Below are positions 39,342-49,370 of a stretch of DNA of 64,000 nucleotides, in pieces (within the stretch, counting starts at the first letter, position 1; every line of letters begins with the position of its first letter). Below the pieces are notes generated by a model. The model worked only from the letters and a program-made list of their open reading frames with translations. It did not search any database and had not been told where the DNA came from. This DNA is from an uncultured Clostridia bacterium (GTDB lineage Bacteria; Bacillota; JAAYKD01; CAYOCI01), in contig CAYOCI010000004.1 of assembly GCA_964402415.1 (NCBI GenBank), positions 20,346 through 84,345 of the forward strand, given 5' to 3'. The position numbers were made by a program, and so were the translations under genes.

Positions 39342-40490
39342 ATGCCCAACGTAGGAAGACGTGTAATTGCTGGTGGTATGGCGCTGGTACTAACATTCGG
39401 CGGTGTTCAGCTGACCTATGCCAGCAACCTGCAGCAACAGCAACAGCAGCAGCAACAGCTGCAAGACAACATGAAGGACTTGCAGGGGAAGATCATCTGG
39501 GCCGACAAGGAGAAGACTAACGTCCTGGCTGAGATCAATCGTATCGACTGGGACCTCACTCAAGCTAGCAATGACTTAGCTTACCTCGAGAACCGACGCT
39601 TGACTGTTGAACAGGAGATCAAGGCAGCTACCCAACGGCTGACAGAGACGGAAGAGCGCTTAGATGCCACCAACCAGACCGCCAACAAGCGCCTGCGCTC
39701 GCTTTATGAGAATGGCAGCGTTAGCTATCTTGATGTGCTCTTCAATGGGACAAGCTTCAATGACTTTCTCGCGCGCTTTGACTTAGTAAAGCTCCTGCTT
39801 AAGCGTGATGTGGAACTGCTCAAAGAAGTGAAGCGCTTACGCGTGCAGCAGGCGGCCGATAAGGTGAGAGTAGAGCAGACCAAGGCGGAGATCGTCAGCC
39901 TGGAGACTGAGACAGCGGCACGCCAAGTGACCTTAGCATCACGACAGGCCGACCGTACTCAGGTCGTCCAGAGCCTAGAGCAGCAGAAAGAGGCTTGGCA
40001 GGCGGCCTACGAGCAGTTCGAGGCGGAGTCTCGCCAGCTGGAAGCAGAGATCAGGCGCATGATCGAGGCCAGCAAAGGACAGCCGAGCCAAGGCACAGGG
40101 ACCTTCGGTTGGCCCGTTCCCGGCTATTATACATTTACTGATACGTACGGCTGGCGCGATGATCCCTTCGGTGGTTCCACGGGCAACTTTCATGGCGGTG
40201 TCGATATCGCGGCACCCAGTGGTACGGGGATTGCGGCTGTGGACAGCGGCACGGTCGCCCAGGCGGAGTACTCCGGTGGGTTTGGTAATATGGTCCTCAT
40301 CGACCATGGTGGTGGCCTGTTCACCCTCTACGCCCATGCGTCCAAGCTGCTGGTGACCAAGGGGCAGAAAGTGGCCAAGGGTGAGACGATCGCCAAGGTT
40401 GGCAGCACTGGCTGGAGCACTGGCCCCCATCTGCATATCGAAGTCCGCGTCAACGGTGAGCGCACCGATCCGATGCCATATCTGCCATAG
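39342..40490 (+). CDS. Coiled-coil M23 peptidase (EnvC/CwlO-like murein hydrolase or activator)
   Basis: Signal peptide, long coiled coil, HGGVDIAA, GNMVLIDHG, YAHAS, STGPHLHIEV. Confidence 0.9.
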   Translation: MPNVGRRVIAGGMALVLTFGGVQLTYASNLQQQQQQQQQLQDNMKDLQGKIIWADKEKTNVLAEINRIDWDLTQASNDLAYLENRRLTVEQEIKAATQRLTETEERLDATNQTANKRLRSLYENGSVSYLDVLFNGTSFNDFLARFDLVKLLLKRDVELLKEVKRLRVQQAADKVRVEQTKAEIVSLETETAARQVTLASRQADRTQVVQSLEQQKEAWQAAYEQFEAESRQLEAEIRRMIEASKGQPSQGTGTFGWPVPGYYTFTDTYGWRDDPFGGSTGNFHGGVDIAAPSGTGIAAVDSGTVAQAEYSGGFGNMVLIDHGGGLFTLYAHASKLLVTKGQKVAKGETIAKVGSTGWSTGPHLHIEVRVNGERTDPMPYLP

Positions 40491-40691
40491 GCAAATAGGC
40501 ATCGGATGGGGTCAGGCACCTCACTTGGTTCACTTGTACGGTGAGTTCTTGTGCTTCGATGCTGTTCGCCTATGACCTAGTTAACTCGTCTCATCGGTTG
40601 TGTGTGAACAACTGAACAACTGAGTGCCAGACCCCCTGTGGCACGCGTTGCCATGCTGCGCCCGCAACCCTTGGCATCCGGCTATCAGCCC

Positions 40692-40713
40692 TTCACAGAC
40701 TGTTCACAGACTG
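40692..40713 (+). promoter_or_regulatory. Putative OmpR-family response regulator site
   Basis: Perfect 11-bp tandem repeat TTCACAGACTG x2, upstream of TATAAT (40751) and ctpA. Confidence 0.5.
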
Positions 40714-40862
40714 GGGAATCGTTCTACTATTGTCTTTCACTGTCGTATAGTATAATATTCTTGGCTGATCAACCACAGGTTCGCCCTGTGGTTTTCCGCT
40801 ATCTAGCTCTATTCCTGATGGCTAATGGCAGATCGCTGTTGGCTCGAACACGGAGGTGTCCC

Positions 40863-42293
40863 ATGGACGAACGATCCAACCGCCCCAGTAACACAGGGCT
40901 GCTGTTTCTTCTGGTTCTATCGGTGCTCGCGGGTTCGCTAATCTTCTACGGGCGAGTTGCCCTGCGCCAGCAAGCCACTCAGACTTGGTCCGGCGTGCAG
41001 GCTGCTTCGCCAGTGATCAACGATGGTGCTTTTGGCGTGATCGCCCAAGGATACGCGGTGTTGCGTGATGCCTTCGTGAGAGAGATCGACCCCACGGTGC
41101 TGGTTGAAGGCGCGCTGGCAGGGATGACTAAGGCCACTGCAGACCCTCATACCGTCTACTTTACTCCCAAGCAGCTGGCGAGCTTTACAGAACGAACCGA
41201 TGGGACCTACTCTGGGATTGGCTCAACAATCGAGCTCAAAGACGGCTTTCTGACCATCGTCGCGCCCATGGAAGGTTCACCGAGCCAGAAGGCGGGGCTC
41301 CGCACCGGCGATCAGCTGATCAAGGTCGACGGCCAAGAGATGAAGAACATTACCCTGGAAGAAGGGGTAGCCAAGGTCAAAGGCCCCGCTGGCAGTACCG
41401 TGGTGCTGACGGTAAAACGCCCGGGCGCAGAATCATTTGACGTTAGCATTGTCCGTGCTAGCATTGTCTCGCCGACTGTCAGTAGCCGGATGCTGGAAGA
41501 CAAGATCGGCTATATCGCCATGAGCCAGTTTGCCGAGACCACCACCGCCCAGTTTGATAAGGCGCTTTCTGACCTCCGCACCCAAGGGATGACGGGGCTG
41601 ATCCTTGATCTGCGTAACAACGGGGGTGGTCGCCTGGATACATGTCTGGCGATTGCCAACCGTCTGGTGCCAAAGGGACCGGTCGTGCATCGTGTTGACC
41701 GTGAAGGTCAGAAGGTGACCGAGTATTCACGTTTAGAGAAGCGGGATTTCCCCATGGCCGTTCTGATCAACAACTACAGCGCCAGCGCCTCTGAGATTAT
41801 CGCTGGCGCGCTGCAGGATACTAAGTCGGCGACCATCGTCGGGGTTCGTTCCTTTGGCAAAGCCTCCGTGCAGAGGACCTATCCGCTCGACAATGGTGGC
41901 GCTATCAAGGTGACCATTGAGAACTACCTCACCCCCAATGAGCAGCATATTCAGGGGGTCGGGATCCAGCCCGACCTTAAGGTCTTTGATCCGGTATGGC
42001 CGTTGATGCCCGCCAGCCCCGACGCGTCAGTCACCAAACAGGAAGCCGATGATATCGAACTACTCCAAGCCAAATTGCGCGCCCTAGGCTACGCCATCGC
42101 CAATCAGGAACAGGGGATGGGGTTGCAGACCGCTGCGGCGCTGAAGAGCTTCCAAGGTAGCCATGAACTGACCGCCTCGGGCAAGCTCAATGAGGAGACC
42201 ATGGACGCTCTTAATCAAGCAACCTTGGATCTGAAGCTCCCCGACCTGCAGTTGGGCAAGGCCATTGAAGCGGTGAAAGGGCAGATACGCTAA
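40863..42293 (+). CDS. ctpA: S41 carboxyl-terminal processing protease with PDZ and C-terminal PG-binding domain
   Basis: YSGIG, LILDLRNNGGG, SASASEI, SFGKASVQ, GVGIQPD; GGAGG RBS. Confidence 0.93.
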   Translation: MDERSNRPSNTGLLFLLVLSVLAGSLIFYGRVALRQQATQTWSGVQAASPVINDGAFGVIAQGYAVLRDAFVREIDPTVLVEGALAGMTKATADPHTVYFTPKQLASFTERTDGTYSGIGSTIELKDGFLTIVAPMEGSPSQKAGLRTGDQLIKVDGQEMKNITLEEGVAKVKGPAGSTVVLTVKRPGAESFDVSIVRASIVSPTVSSRMLEDKIGYIAMSQFAETTTAQFDKALSDLRTQGMTGLILDLRNNGGGRLDTCLAIANRLVPKGPVVHRVDREGQKVTEYSRLEKRDFPMAVLINNYSASASEIIAGALQDTKSATIVGVRSFGKASVQRTYPLDNGGAIKVTIENYLTPNEQHIQGVGIQPDLKVFDPVWPLMPASPDASVTKQEADDIELLQAKLRALGYAIANQEQGMGLQTAAALKSFQGSHELTASGKLNEETMDALNQATLDLKLPDLQLGKAIEAVKGQIR

Positions 42294-42521
42294 GGGCCCG
42301 CGGCCCACAGCCCGCCGCCCACAGATAGAGAAACGTTGGACCGAACCGAGTTCCTGAACTTCGCTACCTGACCGACGGGCCACCCCAGAGTGGTCCGTTG
42401 TCGTACTGAGGGTTGGTAGTTAACAGCTCATGGATGCGCAATAGCTCCAACTCGCTCGGCCATACTCCGCTCACTGCGGGCTGCGGGCTGCGGGCTGCGG
42501 GCTTGTGGAAGGAGGGTTACG

Positions 42522-43748
42522 ATGCTTCCTCTCTGGGATCTCTTGGTCGCGTTTGCTGACGCGCTGCCAAGCTTTTTTCTCAGCTTCTACTTCTGGATCG
42601 TGGTGGCGTTGGTGGTGGTCCAATATCGCCGCAGCGCTCGCTTGGAGCGGGGCCTGTTCGGCGTGAGCAAGTATGCTCTGCCCCAGCAGATAATCGTCTC
42701 ACTGGCCTTTGGCCTGATCGGCGGGCTATTGGGCAGTCTGGTTCTGATCGCCGTTGGTGTCACCATTGGCGATACCGGGATCGGGATCATCTGGCCGATC
42801 GCGCTGGCCCTCATGTTCATCAACCCACGCTTCATCTGCTTCGCATACGCGGGCGGGATTGTTAGTGTGCTTAATCTTGCCACCGGCTGGCCCAAAGTGC
42901 ATGTGCCGGGGATTATGTGCCTGGTAGCGATTCTCCACTTCACGGAGAGTGCGCTAATCTACCTAAGCGGACATCTGCAGCCAACACCGATCTACGTGCG
43001 TGGTCAAGCAGACGAGCTGGTCGGCGCCTTTAGCCTGCAGAAGTTCTGGCCGCTGCCGTTGATCGCTCTGTCCGCCTTAGTGATACCGGGCGGTGCCCCG
43101 ACCGCGGGAAGCATTGCCATGCCCGATTGGTGGCCCCTTTTTCGTTCCACTCTGCTGCGCCCCGAGACCATTTTTGTGATGTTTCCTGTGGTCGCGGGGC
43201 TGGGCTACGGCGATATCGCCATCACCATGACGCCACGGCAGAAGAGTAGAAAGACTGCGGGACGCCTGGCGGGCTACAGTGTTCTGCTCTTGTTCTTAGC
43301 GCTTGCGTCGCTGCGAGTTGGTTGGGTCGCTTGGATAGTAGCGATAGCTGCTCCGCTTCTGCACGAACTGCTGGTGGTGATCGGGGTCCTGGAGGAGCGA
43401 GAGGGTCGACCGCTCTATCAACACCCCGATCAAGGATTGATGATCCTGGACATGCGCCCGGGCTCAGCCGCTGAGCGCGCCGGCCTGCGCTCCGGAGACA
43501 TTATCTTGGCGATCAACGGCACCGAGTTAAACACGTATGAGGCTTGGCAGCAGGACATGGCCGCCGACCAGATGGTTACCCTGACCGTCAAGACAACCCA
43601 CAACCGCCTTCGTTACCTGCATCTGCAACACTCGCTCGATCTAGGGATTATCTTCGTCCCCGACGCGGGCCAGGAGAAGTACATGGAGATGAGGATGAAT
43701 AGCCCACTGCTAGGGCTGTTGCGACGACTGCGTCGTCGCGAGCCTTAG
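42522..43748 (+). CDS. Polytopic membrane protein with C-terminal PDZ domain (MinJ/YvjD-like)
   Basis: PRFICFAYAGG, LHFTESALI, FWPLPL, GSAAERAGLRSGDIILAING. Confidence 0.8.
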   Translation: MLPLWDLLVAFADALPSFFLSFYFWIVVALVVVQYRRSARLERGLFGVSKYALPQQIIVSLAFGLIGGLLGSLVLIAVGVTIGDTGIGIIWPIALALMFINPRFICFAYAGGIVSVLNLATGWPKVHVPGIMCLVAILHFTESALIYLSGHLQPTPIYVRGQADELVGAFSLQKFWPLPLIALSALVIPGGAPTAGSIAMPDWWPLFRSTLLRPETIFVMFPVVAGLGYGDIAITMTPRQKSRKTAGRLAGYSVLLLFLALASLRVGWVAWIVAIAAPLLHELLVVIGVLEEREGRPLYQHPDQGLMILDMRPGSAAERAGLRSGDIILAINGTELNTYEAWQQDMAADQMVTLTVKTTHNRLRYLHLQHSLDLGIIFVPDAGQEKYMEMRMNSPLLGLLRRLRRREP

Positions 43749-44037
43749 CAGAGTCCCTAGTCTCGAGTCCCTAGTCCCTAGTGAGATACGGGGGAACCGC
43801 GGGCGCGGCAACTAGCGCCTCTACGGTATTGAGCGCGGGTTCATGTGTAGGGGAGTAGCCATGCTGCGCCCAAAGGTCGCCGTTCAGGCGACCTTTCCGT
43901 CTCTTGGGACCTCTGTCCCCAATCTTGGACACACCCACGAGGGGCGAGGGCCGAGGGGCTAGGGGCTAGCGCAGCGTGACTAGGGACTCGCGAAGCGGGG
44001 CATACTAACCAGTGACGCAATTCGCGGAGGTGGTTAG

Positions 44038-45207
44038 GTGCCCAAGCGTGTTTATGCCCTGCTGCTGATCGTGGTTCTCTTCTTGGGCGGGTGCCGTTGG
44101 TTCGGATCACAGCCCAAACGTCCAGAGTCCACCATGGTAGATCTCACCGAGCAATGGGGGCGGGTGGATGCCGCCATTCGCAGCGCATTGGACAAGGTAG
44201 GTGAGGCCTACCAGGTTGAGGCGGAGCGACTCTCCGTTGATATCTACCCAACGCCCGAGGGTCAACTGCATTCCCCATCTCGTCGGATGACGGCCAACTT
44301 CAGCAATCCTGTCTCCACGGACAAGGTCGTTGGACTGCTTGCCAAGGAGCTGGAGGGCGTTCCGGGGCGTCTGGCCGACATTCAGACCCAGCGCAGTGCG
44401 GGTTGGCAGACCGTTCACATGGAGGTCGGCTATACTTGGGACCGGGCTCAGCCGCCGATCTTTGTCCGTACCCATACGCTCGATGTTCGCTACAAGGAGC
44501 CGAGTAAGCCTGCGCTTCCTCCCGCTGCCCCCGGTCAGACAGTCGGGAAAGTGGCGATCATCATTGATGACTTTGGTTACGGCGGAGCCGGAACCCAGGA
44601 GATACTGGCCCTGAAGGGGCCGATCACCGTCGCTGTGCTGCCCCATCTTCCCTATAGCGTGACCCTCGCCGGACAAGCCAAGCGTCAGGGGCATGAGGTA
44701 ATTCTCCATCAACCGATGGAGTCGCAGAACCCTGAGCAGGATCCCGGACCGGGTGCGATACTGGTTACAACCCCCGATGAAGAGATCAAGTCGACTATCG
44801 AGAGCAATCTCAAGCAGGTCCCTGGGGCGGTAGGTGTCAATAACCACATGGGATCGTTGGCGACCGCTGACCAGCGCGTCATGACCGCTGTGCTCGGCGA
44901 GGCGAAGCAGCGTGGACTCTACTTCATCGATAGCGCCACAACACCAGTCTCGGTGGTTAGCAAGGTGGCAACGGGAGTTGACCTTCCAGTGGGCGTCAAT
45001 GAGCGGTTCCTGGACAATGTCCGTGACAAGGAGACCATCAAGGAGGAGATCCGTCAGCTGGCGCGCCTAAGCGCCGATGAAGGGCCTTCGCTTGGGATCG
45101 GCCATGTCCATGAGGCCATGGCATCCGCTCTACAGGAGATGATGCCTGAACTGCAACAAGCTGGGATCAAGCTGATACCTGCGTCGCAGATCGTTCGCAG
45201 ACCATAG
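44038..45207 (+). CDS. Divergent polysaccharide deacetylase (YibQ-like) lipoprotein
   Basis: Lipobox FLGGC; VAIIIDDFG, AVLPHLPYS, LHQPME, GVNNHMGS, YFIDSAT, FLDN, IGH. Confidence 0.9.
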   Translation: MPKRVYALLLIVVLFLGGCRWFGSQPKRPESTMVDLTEQWGRVDAAIRSALDKVGEAYQVEAERLSVDIYPTPEGQLHSPSRRMTANFSNPVSTDKVVGLLAKELEGVPGRLADIQTQRSAGWQTVHMEVGYTWDRAQPPIFVRTHTLDVRYKEPSKPALPPAAPGQTVGKVAIIIDDFGYGGAGTQEILALKGPITVAVLPHLPYSVTLAGQAKRQGHEVILHQPMESQNPEQDPGPGAILVTTPDEEIKSTIESNLKQVPGAVGVNNHMGSLATADQRVMTAVLGEAKQRGLYFIDSATTPVSVVSKVATGVDLPVGVNERFLDNVRDKETIKEEIRQLARLSADEGPSLGIGHVHEAMASALQEMMPELQQAGIKLIPASQIVRRP

Positions 45208-45261
45208 GCGTGGGAACGATCGGACCCAAGACACTAGAAGTGTGACCCACACCTAAGGGTA

Positions 45262-45293
45262 GAAGAAAAAGCGACCATATGGTCGCTTTTTCC
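45262..45293. terminator. Bidirectional terminator between convergent deacetylase genes
   Basis: aaaaagcgacc-atat-ggtcgcttttt. Confidence 0.75.
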
Positions 45294-45551
45294 ACTGTGT
45301 ATGCAGGAGATCGAAGAACAGCATCGAATACAAACCTCTGTTCGTATGGTAAATGCGCGAAACGCTGTCCGGAGGGTTGACCTCGTTTGAGGTCACCTGG
45401 CGGTGACCTACGGGCGTATCGCATACGCCCATGCGACCGAAGCACAGCGAAGAGAGCTCAAACGCACGGGTGATTGAGCGCGAGGTTTCTCGACAGTCTC
45501 GCTAGTGTCTAGTGTCTTGGGTCCAGTGTCTAGTGCGATAGAGCAGTGCAT

Positions 45552-46517
45552 TCACTGCCCTATCGCACTAAGTCGAAACGCTGCATTCTTGTAGTACTGT
45601 ACGTTGAGGCGGCGGGTGCTGATGCCCAATGGTTTGCCCATGGCATCGGCGCCATTGGGACCTAAGCTGATCCGGAAGAACTCTTGGCCGACACGGTCCG
45701 AGATGGCCGTGTAGGCAGCAAAGGGGTAGCTGAGGACGGTTACGGGTTTGCCGGTATGCTTCTCGATCAACTGCTTGCTTACGGCAAAGTCCTCGCGTAG
45801 ACGCTTGGCATCGACCTTGGTGACCAACGGCGCCCCGTTCTCCTGACCGTGCAGATTGTGAGTATGACTCTGCGCGTCAATAACACCCGAGTCCACCATC
45901 TCCTTTATCTGTTCCCAAGATAGGTAGGTGGTGACGCCTGGGTCGAAGGGTTGGGCCTTCTCGGTAACCAATGAGGTGACGAGGTTGATGGTTGCCTTGT
46001 CACCGTGCTTCTTGAGCAGGGGCCAGGCGTAGGCATAATTGCTCTGATAGCCGTCATCGAAGAAGATAATCGCGGGCTTCTTAGGCAGGTCTCCCTTACC
46101 GTCGATGGCGTTGAGCAGGTCGCCGAAGAAGATGGTGGTATAGCCCTTGTCTTGTAGGTAGAGCAGGTCTCTCTCAAACTGTTCAGGTGTGGTTGTCTCG
46201 CCAGCTTGGTTGTGTAGGTTTAGCTGGCTAGGCGCCAGGTGATGGTAGGCCAGAAGCGGGATAACCACCTGGGGGAGTGGCTTCGTCCGTGCAGACTGCT
46301 GAGCTTTCAGCACCGCTTTCGTCACATGCTTAGCAGGCGGTAGACGCCTGGCAAGCCCGAGCCGAGGCTCCCTGATGAGTACGTTGGACAGGTACAGAGC
46401 TGAAAGCGACTTCGGTTGACGTCGCACTAGGGAGGCGCTCCTCTGAGCTGCTGCTATGGTTGACCCCAAGGAGCTTACCAGCAGACAGATGATCAGGAGC
46501 GCAGTAGATCGCCGCAT
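45552..46517 (-). CDS. Exported NodB/IcaB-like polysaccharide deacetylase
   Basis: IPLLAYHH, IFFDDGYQSNY, QSHTHNLH, SYPF; GGAGG RBS. Confidence 0.9.
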   Translation of the reverse strand: MRRSTALLIICLLVSSLGSTIAAAQRSASLVRRQPKSLSALYLSNVLIREPRLGLARRLPPAKHVTKAVLKAQQSARTKPLPQVVIPLLAYHHLAPSQLNLHNQAGETTTPEQFERDLLYLQDKGYTTIFFGDLLNAIDGKGDLPKKPAIIFFDDGYQSNYAYAWPLLKKHGDKATINLVTSLVTEKAQPFDPGVTTYLSWEQIKEMVDSGVIDAQSHTHNLHGQENGAPLVTKVDAKRLREDFAVSKQLIEKHTGKPVTVLSYPFAAYTAISDRVGQEFFRISLGPNGADAMGKPLGISTRRLNVQYYKNAAFRLSAIGQ

Positions 46518-46804
46518 ACAAACATCCCTCCGGAAGAGGAGAATGAGACAAGGAGAATGGAAGAGTCATAAGTCATAAGTCATGCGTCGGTGCAACGTTC
46601 AGAGGCTAGCGCCCCGCTCTCAGAATCATACAGCATCACCGTATATTTGAAAAGGATCACAAATCGCTGACATGCTATAATGATGATTGGTACCAGTTGC
46701 GCGAACGTGTGCTGGCATCTCTCTTGCATATCGATACGACCCGTATGGACCGTCTTCTTATCATGACTTATGACTCATGCTCCCTGCAAAGGATGTGATC
46801 ATAG

Positions 46805-48784
46805 ATGCCTCAGTTCCAGCTGGTCTCCGACTATCAGCCACGTGGCGATCAGCCCGAGGCCATCGAGAAGCTCGCCATGGGCGTCGAGCGGGGGGACAAG
46901 GAGCAGACCCTGCTTGGTGTCACCGGCTCAGGGAAGACCTTTACCATGGCCAACGTTATCGCTAAGGTTCAGAAACCCACCTTGGTTATCGCTCACAACA
47001 AGATTCTCGCGGCGCAGCTGTGTAGTGAGTTCCGCGAGTTCTTTCCTAACAATGCCGTCGAGTACTTTGTCAGTTATTATGACTACTACCAGCCAGAGGC
47101 TTATATCGCTTCTACAGATACCTATATCGAGAAAGACTCGCAGATCAACGATGAGATCGACAAGCTCCGCCACTCGGCGACCAGTGCGGTGCTGGAGCGG
47201 CGCGATGTGATTATCGTCGCCAGCGTTTCCTGCATCTATGGCCTCGGCTCTCCCGCGGACTACCTCGATCTGCAACTGGCGCTCAAGCCAGGCATGGTTA
47301 TAGACCGTGACGAGATCCTGCGCCGCCTGGTGGCCATCCAGTACCAGCGCAATGAGATCGACTTTAGGCGCGGACGCTTTCGCGTGCGCGGTGAGATTCT
47401 CGAGATATTCCCGGCGAATACCTCCGATAAGGCCATCCGTGTCGAGATGTTCGGTGACGAGGTGGAGAGGATTACGGAGATCGACATTGTTACCGGTGAG
47501 GTTCTGGGTCAGCTCGATCATATTGCCATCTATCCGGCCTCCCACTATGTCACGCCTAAGGAGAACCTGCAACGCGCCATCGTCGATATCCAGCAAGAGC
47601 TGACGTTGCGCCTGCAAGAGTTCAACGACCAGGGACGTTACTTGGAGGCCCAGCGTATTGAGCAGCGGACCAACTATGACCTGGAGATGCTGACGGAGAT
47701 GGGCTTCTGCCAGGGGATCGAGAACTATTCGCGCCATATCGCCGGTCGCGAGCCAGGGGCACCCCCTGAGGTTCTGATCGACTACTTCCCCAAGGACTTT
47801 CTGGTGATCATCGATGAGTCACACGTCTCCCTGCCGCAGATACGCGGTATGTACGCGGGCGATCGCTCGCGCAAAGACTCGCTGGTGGAGCATGGCTTCC
47901 GCCTGCCCTCGGCCTACGATAACCGCCCCTTGCGCTTCCATGAGTTTGAGGAGCGGATCAACCAGGTGATCTATGTTTCCGCCACGCCGGGCGATTACGA
48001 GACGTCGCGCAGTCAGCAGGTGGTGGAGCAGATCATCCGCCCGACAGGCCTCTTGGATCCCGAGGTCTCGGTGCGCCCGATCAAGGGACAGATCGACGAT
48101 CTCTACACGGAGATTGTCACGCGCGCGGAGAAAAAGGAGCGGGTCCTGGTGACCACCCTGACCAAGAAGATGGCCGAGGACCTGACCGACTATATGAAGG
48201 GGCTCGGGGTCAAGGTCCGCTATATGCATTCTGACATTGAGACGTTGGAACGCATGGAGATCATCCGCGATCTACGCTTGGGCGTGTTTGATGTGTTGGT
48301 AGGGATCAACCTGCTACGTGAGGGGTTGGATCTGCCCGAGGTGACACTGGTTGCCATCCTTGATGCTGATAAGGAAGGTTTCCTGCGGTCCGACCGTTCG
48401 TTGATCCAGACCATCGGACGAGCCGCACGCAACGAACAGGGGCGGGTCATCATGTATGCGGATAAGATCACTGATTCCATGGCCCGCGCCATCGGAGAGA
48501 CCAACCGCCGACGTCAGATCCAGGCGCAGCACAACAGCGAGCATGGGATCACACCGCAGACCATACACAAGGGTGTGCGCGATGTGATCGAGGCTACTAT
48601 GAAAGTGGCCGAGGACAAGGATGCTTATCTAAGCAAGGACAAGATCCAGGCTCTGACTACGCGTGGGAGGCAAGAGCTGATCGCAAAGATGGAGAAGGAG
48701 ATGAAGGACGCGGCCAAGCAGCTCGACTTCGAGCGAGCCGCTAATCTCCGCGACGTCATCAGCGAGATCAGACAGATGAAGTAG
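46805..48784 (+). CDS. uvrB: Excinuclease ABC subunit B
   Basis: [51 protein letters not shown]. Confidence 0.99.
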   Translation: MPQFQLVSDYQPRGDQPEAIEKLAMGVERGDKEQTLLGVTGSGKTFTMANVIAKVQKPTLVIAHNKILAAQLCSEFREFFPNNAVEYFVSYYDYYQPEAYIASTDTYIEKDSQINDEIDKLRHSATSAVLERRDVIIVASVSCIYGLGSPADYLDLQLALKPGMVIDRDEILRRLVAIQYQRNEIDFRRGRFRVRGEILEIFPANTSDKAIRVEMFGDEVERITEIDIVTGEVLGQLDHIAIYPASHYVTPKENLQRAIVDIQQELTLRLQEFNDQGRYLEAQRIEQRTNYDLEMLTEMGFCQGIENYSRHIAGREPGAPPEVLIDYFPKDFLVIIDESHVSLPQIRGMYAGDRSRKDSLVEHGFRLPSAYDNRPLRFHEFEERINQVIYVSATPGDYETSRSQQVVEQIIRPTGLLDPEVSVRPIKGQIDDLYTEIVTRAEKKERVLVTTLTKKMAEDLTDYMKGLGVKVRYMHSDIETLERMEIIRDLRLGVFDVLVGINLLREGLDLPEVTLVAILDADKEGFLRSDRSLIQTIGRAARNEQGRVIMYADKITDSMARAIGETNRRRQIQAQHNSEHGITPQTIHKGVRDVIEATMKVAEDKDAYLSKDKIQALTTRGRQELIAKMEKEMKDAAKQLDFERAANLRDVISEIRQMK

Positions 48785-48802
48785 GATGCTCGGCCCCGGC
48801 GG

Positions 48803-48957
48803 ACCGCGCTCCGTGCTTCGCCTTTTTACTGAACGAGCTCGACAGCTCGGGATGTCGCCAAACTCGCCTAACGGCTCAGACAGTGGCGACTTCAGTTCCT
48901 CGCTGTCTGCGCTCCCTGAATGATCTCGCAAGGTCGCGCTACGCCCGCTTGGGGCCT
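48803..48957. repeat. About 155-bp dispersed structured repeat, copy 2
   Basis: Homologous to 24411-24567. Confidence 0.85.
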
Positions 48958-49022
48958 GGTCGGTTGGGGACGTTGGACGGTGACCAAGGCCACCGTCAGT
49001 AGCCGCGCAGCCATGCTGCGCT

Positions 49023-49151
49023 CCTGCGTTTGCGCTTTCTCCGCTGAGCTCCGTGCGCGCGGGCGTATGCGATACGCCCCTACAAGGATGGCCCACTTGA
49101 CTTGTAAATGATCAGTCGATTCGCTCGTAGGGGCGCATTGCATACGCCCGC
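49023..49151. repeat. REP doublet, family A, copy 2
   Basis: gggcgtatgcgatacgcccctac...gtaggggcgcattgcatacgcccgc. Confidence 0.85.
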
Positions 49152-49370
49152 AGGTCGACGCAGGAGACGTAAACGCAACACTATCATTCTAGCATACTGT
49201 CGATTAGGCACATATTTCCCGGGAAATCTGTCGTATTTCCCTCGCCATATTTCCCCATTACCTATACTACAAACAATCCCATGGTCGTAAGGCACCCACA
49301 GGCGACTCATGACTTATGACTCATGACTCCCCTGATGGCTGATGCCTGATGACTGATGGCTGGAGGTATC

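Noticed and set aside
46700-46716. LexA (GAAC-N4-GTTC) box upstream of uvrB
   Set aside because: cgaacgtgtgctgg matches only the left half; the near-match at about 45331 is not upstream of an SOS gene.
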